DNA of 46,359 bases. It comes from Phoronis australis (taxonomy: Eukaryota > Animalia > Phoronida). The position numbers were made by a program, and so were the translations under genes. The stretch spans positions 1 to 46,359 of the forward strand of contig NMRA01001159.1 of NCBI GenBank assembly GCA_002633005.1. Reading direction: 5' to 3'. The notes under the pieces were generated by a model that was given only the letters and a program-made list of their open reading frames with translations, was not told the origin of the DNA and did not search any database. This document shows positions 39,807 to 46,359 of this stretch, in pieces; within the stretch, counting starts at the first letter, position 1, and every line of letters begins with the position of its first letter.

Positions 39807-41944
39807 TGCGTACGGCGTCATTTGCATATGGTTTCCTTTAATGGAGACTACATCAAGTACAACCTTAGAAAATTTGACAAACCTCATGGTCTGAGTGAAC
39901 TCTTACATGTACATTAAACAAGTGAAACGTTTTGTCAAATTTCTTTCTCCCGAGAAAACATTTTCGTTGGACACGCCGTGACCACTTCGACCAGTAAATT
40001 TTGACCCACTATGTCTACATGTATTCTAGAAGGATTTTCAATATATAACCTGTTATGTTCAATTTCAGTTTCCCCAAACGTGCTTTTAAAACGCATGAAT
40101 ATCATAGCTTGCCGTATATTGACTTAGGATGGGTATCTTATTCTTAGGTAATCATTCAGAGTACTTTTGTCCACTAATGCATCGTTTCCGGTGGATGTTT
40201 ACTCCGACGTTAATGTATGGGCTTGGTAAAGTATTAGGTTTCTGTTACGTCATCTCCATTGTGTTCAGAATCAAACAAGTGACCTGGGAGGAATGGGCAA
40301 AATGTGAGGTTGTCTATAACATTCCGGCAATTTGTTTTGAACCGTAGCTCATTTTAACAGCTACTCACTTATGTTTTTGATCTAGATTTTGTTTGTGTGG
40401 CATCACTCCCCATTTGAATTGTAAGATGTGTGTAAATTTGAATACACATCTGTACTAACTTCCGAAACCGATACTTAGGAAACTAGACGTTACTCGGAGT
40501 CCCTTCTGTAGTTTCGGTTGTCTAAGTACATTTCAGTTTTTAACAATTCTTTCTATACTTACTTCATTTGTGTCAGACTACACTCTATCCAATATCACTC
40601 TCAGTTGTCACAGTAATTCTGTTTGTACTTTATTATTTCCATTACTAAACAATGTGATTAATAAATGCCATTTACCAACATTGAACTCGCCTTCTTTTAC
40701 TGAAAACTACCTTCGGATCGCATCACGTGACATTATGCATGACACACAAAATAGCTATTCACCAATATTTGAAAACGTACGTATAACAATTCAACTTTCT
40801 TTGTCCAAGACACAATTGCTCGACACATCAAACCAATCTGCTTATATCCGGCTTGCAAGTATTCACGTATTGGATTGTCCTTATGCGTACATATACATGT
40901 ACATAGGTATATACAGTAGGTTGTGTTACACAAACCATTGCCATGGCAGAGAAAAAGAACAAAATGATTTTCTCGCACAGTAAGAACCATGGAGTACGAA
41001 AACCTCAAAACGATGCAGTGATGTATTAGTCTTAAGATCTGATACAAATTTAGAGAAAAACAACACTGTTAAAGCACTTACAAGCACGTGTAGGCTACTA
41101 GGAACACTTTAAAACACAGGGAGTGACAGTGTAGTAAAGAACTGATATCAACGTGCAAATGGTCAACTGACTTGGGTGTGGTCTAGGCACACAAGATTGT
41201 TTGATACTGCAACGCTGCTTAAAAGCAATGACGAAAAATCATTAGTTGCATCTGTTTTCCAAAATATTTATGTATATTAAAAATCACATTACATCCTGTT
41301 ATTTTTAACCACGCCTGTTATAATAAGGGTGATGTTACTGGCCGATGTTTTTGCTCTGATTAAGTAATTTCAAGACAACGAAATTCAAATGTTAGACATT
41401 TTTAGCCCACTCTTCTTTCTCAATAATACTTTATTTCCCTTGCAATACCAGTGTCACGTGACCGGGAAATATAGTTTTGAGTTATTACACAGATATGTGA
41501 CACGGTTATGGCATGGCTGTAAGGAGCCTTCTGTGGCATAAATTGGAGTTGATTTTTAGCTAAAAATGACTTGCAGTTCCTTTAATCACTGCTTGCTTTA
41601 AATGACTGTGACTAGCCTTGAAGTTTATGAAATCAATGGGAAATACAGGAATTCATCAAGACTCCTGATCGCCAAAGTATACATCAATTAATTCTCACGT
41701 GGTACTACACTGTCAACTAGTGTTGGCAAACTTGTAGTGACTCAGACTACAGAACGAGAACGGTGACCCAGTTACTGTTTTGCTCTGCTAAAATAATGTC
41801 ATTTACATGTTTGGAAAAATCCTTTTACGCAAAGTAAGCTTTTTTGTAATTAAAAGTTCAAAATGCTTCAGTGGTCCACACTCACCGGGCAACACAGTTT
41901 AATTAAAAACAAGTCAAGAAGTCCTCATCAAAATTGCGTTGACA

Positions 41945-42267
41945 TGAATGATAGTGTTCCTGTCTGTGCAACTGAATGATAGTGTTCCTGTCTGTGCAAC
42001 TGAAAGATAGTGTTCCTGTCTGTGCAACTGGGTAATAGTGTTCCTGTCTGTGCAACTAAATGATAGTGTTCCTGTCTGTGCATCTGAACGATAGTGTTCC
42101 TGTCTNATAGTGTTCCTGTCTATGCAACTGAATGATGGTGTTCCTGTCTGTGCAACTGAATGATAGTGTTCCTGTCTGTGCAAGTGAATGATAGTGTTCC
42201 TGTCTGTGCAACTGAATGATAGTGTTCCTGTCTGTGCAACTGAATGATAGTGTTCCTGTTTCTGCAA
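41945..42267. repeat. 28-bp minisatellite (TGAATGATAGTGTTCCTGTCTGTGCAAC), at least 11 copies, spanning an assembly break
   Basis: Head-to-tail units without spacers; 'n' at 42106. Confidence 0.95.
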
Positions 42268-45200
42268 ATTACAACAGGCTCAGGTACAAAGGGGAAAATG
42301 GAAAACAATTCACCACCCTACGTGTAGGAATACTAGAAGATTGAGCTCAAAACCGACTGAATTTGTTGAACAAATTTAGTCAAACGGACCATTTTAAACT
42401 CAACTTTACTATAAACCTGTATTAGCACAGTCCATCCCTCCCTAAATAAATTGTAAGAGACACCAAAAAATATTTTTAAAACGCGTCAGTAGATGAAAGA
42501 AATGTGAGAAATAAATGAGCTCAAGTTAGAAAGAGTGTCTCTTTTAGCGAAACTGATTCATTCAAAAGCATCCTGGACCAGAGAACTATGAAGTTTCCCT
42601 TTCCGCCAGTTTGCTGAATTAATTGATTACTATCACGTTATGATGTTTCCGATAAAAGCCAAAAAGTAAGTTGAGTATTATCCCAATGAATATTTCAATA
42701 GCTACAAAAGTCCTTGCATACTCTCGCCGTAGCCACGGTTGGTAGTCATCGATATAATAAACCCTATACAATTAGATAGGATACAGCTCATAAAACACTG
42801 AAGACCCTCACTGATCCGTTTCAACAGAAGTAGTATCGTATTACTAATACTGCTTACCAGGAATATAACTCTATGTGCCACACTCTCATTCAATTCATAA
42901 AAAATGAATGTCTAGTTAACTAAAGTAACAAAATAATTTACACATTTTGACCTTTGGCACTCGCACTTTACACAAACAAACATACAAGCACAAAAAATGA
43001 AAGACAAAGGGGCTTGGATCATTCAGTATTTAAGCAAGGATTCGAATCTCGGAAGAAAGTGTTTGTTGCATCTATCACTAATGTGATAAAAACTAATGAT
43101 ACCGCCTAAAGTGCTTTGTACCTGTGTGCCAAGGGTGGTGAACGCTACATGGCCGATGCTAACTGACAGTTCTCTACGTAGGAATTGTGTTCAATTGCTA
43201 TATTACATTTTTACTCCTTGGATTTGCGGTACATCTGCATAGTTGATCATTCGAACGGGTCATACTCTAAATATTCTAGACATTATTTAGATGATATTTA
43301 ACGATAATAATATTAACCAGTTCAATTCAATTTACAATCAGGAAACATTGCAATGTACAAGGTATCCTTTAGTTCAGCTGAGCCTCCACCAATACTTGGA
43401 GCTGGAAGTTGTGTGTATAACAGATGTGAACCACGTGTTGGATGCAATTTTGGAGGCAACAGCCAGAAATGTGGTTTGGACATGCGCACTGTTCCCCATG
43501 CTATTTTAAGAATGGAAAAAAGAAATATTTTAAACTCTTTTACACGTATTTTCCGGGGCTTGAAGCTCAAGAGTCTCGACAGTGCGGTGTGACACTATAT
43601 ACAAAAATAGTAGGATGTTACTTTCGGTTTCGTCTGCGATTTGTGAGTTGTGGGAAAATTAGAAGACAACAATCATTCTTGCGATATTTTTGCAATTCAT
43701 TAATCCCCAAAGATCTGTCTCCTATAGCAAGTGAATACACATGACAGAGGGAAATTATGTTTTCATAAATGCTTATCTTGCCTGAAACTAACACGAAACA
43801 CACTGGAGCGGTAGTGTACTACCTTAAAGCAAAATGACAACAAGGTCCCTTTCTGCTTATGATAAAAATTTTTGTTTTAGCATTTATTCCCAAAAATATA
43901 AAAACCCAGCTACTTGTAGCAGTTTTAGTTCTCAGATCGTCTTCCACGTACAACAGATACTCTCTGACCAAATAAATGTATAAGTCTCACAATGTTCATT
44001 GTTTGCTAGAGTCGTTTCGAAGTTTGGCTGAGGACCCGTGAATTATTTTAAAATTTTAAGATATTCTGTTACATTTTCAACGCATGCCAACAAAGGTTTT
44101 CATGAAAATGATAACTTTACTAACATGTGGAATCACGAAAACGCATCGGTCGTCGTTTTAGGTATAACAACTTCGTAAATTCACATTTCTTAAGGTAACA
44201 TAACTGGCAAAAATAATTTTCCAAAATCAGTTGGAGTGCAAAATAGAACCCTGGTCCTCCGTCGTCGCTCCAGCACACTCACATTGGGACGTTAAGCATG
44301 AAGCTAGACCTTGTCACCTTTTAGTCGTCAACATGTACCCAGTTTGAGACTTTAACATATGGATGCTTTCTGACAACGACGGCATCGCTAAGTCAAGAAA
44401 TTTATTTTCGATTTTAAGGTTCGTCAACACCAAAGAGATCTGAAGCATTTTCTAGAGTCGCTGCACGACTGTTTCAAAGTTATTGCTGGTCACGAAAATA
44501 CGGAGTACAAGTCATCACATTATAGCTCGGTAGCATCCCTTCATCGACACAATCTTGGTTGAAAGTCACGACGGTTCTATTCACGTTAACTTAATTCACG
44601 AGGAATTGAGAAGGGTCATTAGGATTAAACGGGATCGTATCCAAGTAATAATTTTCAAACTTTTCAACAATTTACAGTGCTCTGTAAAACTGACCTCAGT
44701 ATCATTTAGGTATTATATGACTGTGTCTAAAACGTCAAAAAGACGCCATGCTAAATAAAAGTATACTTTTGGAAGCGTTCGAAAATCAGTAGAGTTTGCA
44801 ATGGGGGACAAAGAAAAAATAATTAAAATAATAGGTGACAAGCGAGTGATAGGAGTGCGCAGTAACCGCAAAACATTTTTTTTTGTCTAGAGGAACAACG
44901 TGAATGGTGGGTGGTCTTGGCAACAATGATGCTGACAGTCCACTGAACAGTTTGGCTGTATCCAAACTTACCAGATTCAATACAGTCAAGTTCATCAAAA
45001 AACTCCCCCCGTTGTTGACGTTGGTAAATTCTGATCTCACGCCATTTTGAATAAATGAGATATTAACGATTTATGAAACAATAATTAAAGATCTCTTTTT
45101 CGCCAATTGACCTGCATTTGGATGTCATGTACGTACCGTTATATTTATTCAAAATACCCATCTGCAGGAACTTGTAATTTTGCTATGTGACCCTAACGTC

Positions 45201-46359
45201 GAGGGTCAAGCAACCTAATTTTGATAATAAATATTCAACATAAAACAAGTGGCGGATGAGGACCCGACCATGTTACAAGGACGACGAATAGTCTTATGAA
45301 AGGATTTATACATTACCTTACTGCTTGAAGAAGCCCCCATAATCTTAAATCTCGTCTCGGAGAATCGCTGGGAATAGTTTGGCTTGAATGATTATTAACA
45401 TATGGGCATACCCATATATAGGCCGTGGAATATCTGGCTATTTATAGGTTTTAGCACGAGTTTCGATGCATCATTCCGAAAAAATAGCCACCAGCCCATC
45501 CTGTTATATATCCGGTATTGTTGTTATCTGCAACAACAGGCATCGCATTAGTAGTAAGCTGAGATGCAACCAGTGTTTGATTTACCATTTCTGAGCCCTG
45601 GCCATGGCAGTAATATTTGGAGACAGCATGTGTTGCGACAAAGGTAGTCTAAACTTAATGTGAAACGTTCCTTTGAACAATCATACACAGATTTGGAAAA
45701 TGTCGAGAAAATTAGTAAACACATCATTTGCAGAGCAGCAAAGTATTGAATCATTGTCGACCAAGTGGAAAATGTTTCGGTCCTTCTCGCAAACACGCAC
45801 ACGTACATGTATTATCCGTATAGAATGCATAACATTTTCATGACCTATTTCTTATCAGCACAACTGAATCACGTGTTAGACGATAATAATTGGAATACTG
45901 TGTTTCATAAAACGTGAATAATCAAATTTGTATCAAGCGCCACGTAATGTCTTCCTGAAGAACTAGAAGTACAAGTATAATCAGGAACTTCAATTTGTAA
46001 ATAAATTGCTGTTTTACTGAAAACAGCACACCTTATACCCTTAAAAATTAATAACATGCAGAAAAACCTAGGAATTCCAAATGATACGCAACTCTTATTT
46101 GATTTGTGAAATTAACAAATAATAAAAAAACTGTGCATTATTTCATTGGGGTAAGGAAACTGTTCTGGGGGTTTCCTAGGGATTAAAAGCCTAGTACGGT
46201 GCCAAAATGACTATTTTTACATCTAAAATACATCTATTGATGAAAAACATCAAAATACTGTGTCATACCATGCCCCAGTCGTTAATGGGGCTATTCGGAA
46301 AATATACAATAACTAGAGGGCGTGCGTGTACTAGTGGTGATAGATTAACAGCCTCGATT

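Noticed and set aside
41914-42308. Repetitive ORFs, or a possible CRISPR array
   Set aside because: Head-to-tail 28-bp units with no unique spacers. The period is not a multiple of 3, so the ORFs are artefacts of the minisatellite.

Overview
AT-rich eukaryotic genomic DNA that looks like an invertebrate animal (inferred from spliceosomal introns, TTAGGG tracts and animal-type transposons). Three single-'n' assembly breaks lie at 2086, 14692 and 42106. The only convincing host coding sequence is five phase-0 exons on the minus strand, each encoding one ankyrin repeat: two 99-nt type I exons (115-213, 570-668) and three 96-nt type II exons (1234-1329, 13011-13106, 14733-14828). They arose by duplication of exon plus intron at several scales (455 bp, ~1.7 kb, ~12 kb). 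The copies differ almost only by amino-acid-changing substitutions at binding-face positions, while helix 2 is identical and the nearby introns are ~96-97% identical. This suggests a diversifying ankyrin-cassette gene and is the best candidate for a novel system here. The rest is duplicated intron or intergenic DNA and transposon debris: an internally deleted Kolobok element (TTAA target duplication, THAP and KolX remnants), a Harbinger MITE, MULE and LINE remnants, a decayed foldback region, telomere-like tracts and minisatellites. Nearly all ORFs in the supplied track appear spurious. All alignments and counts were done by eye.
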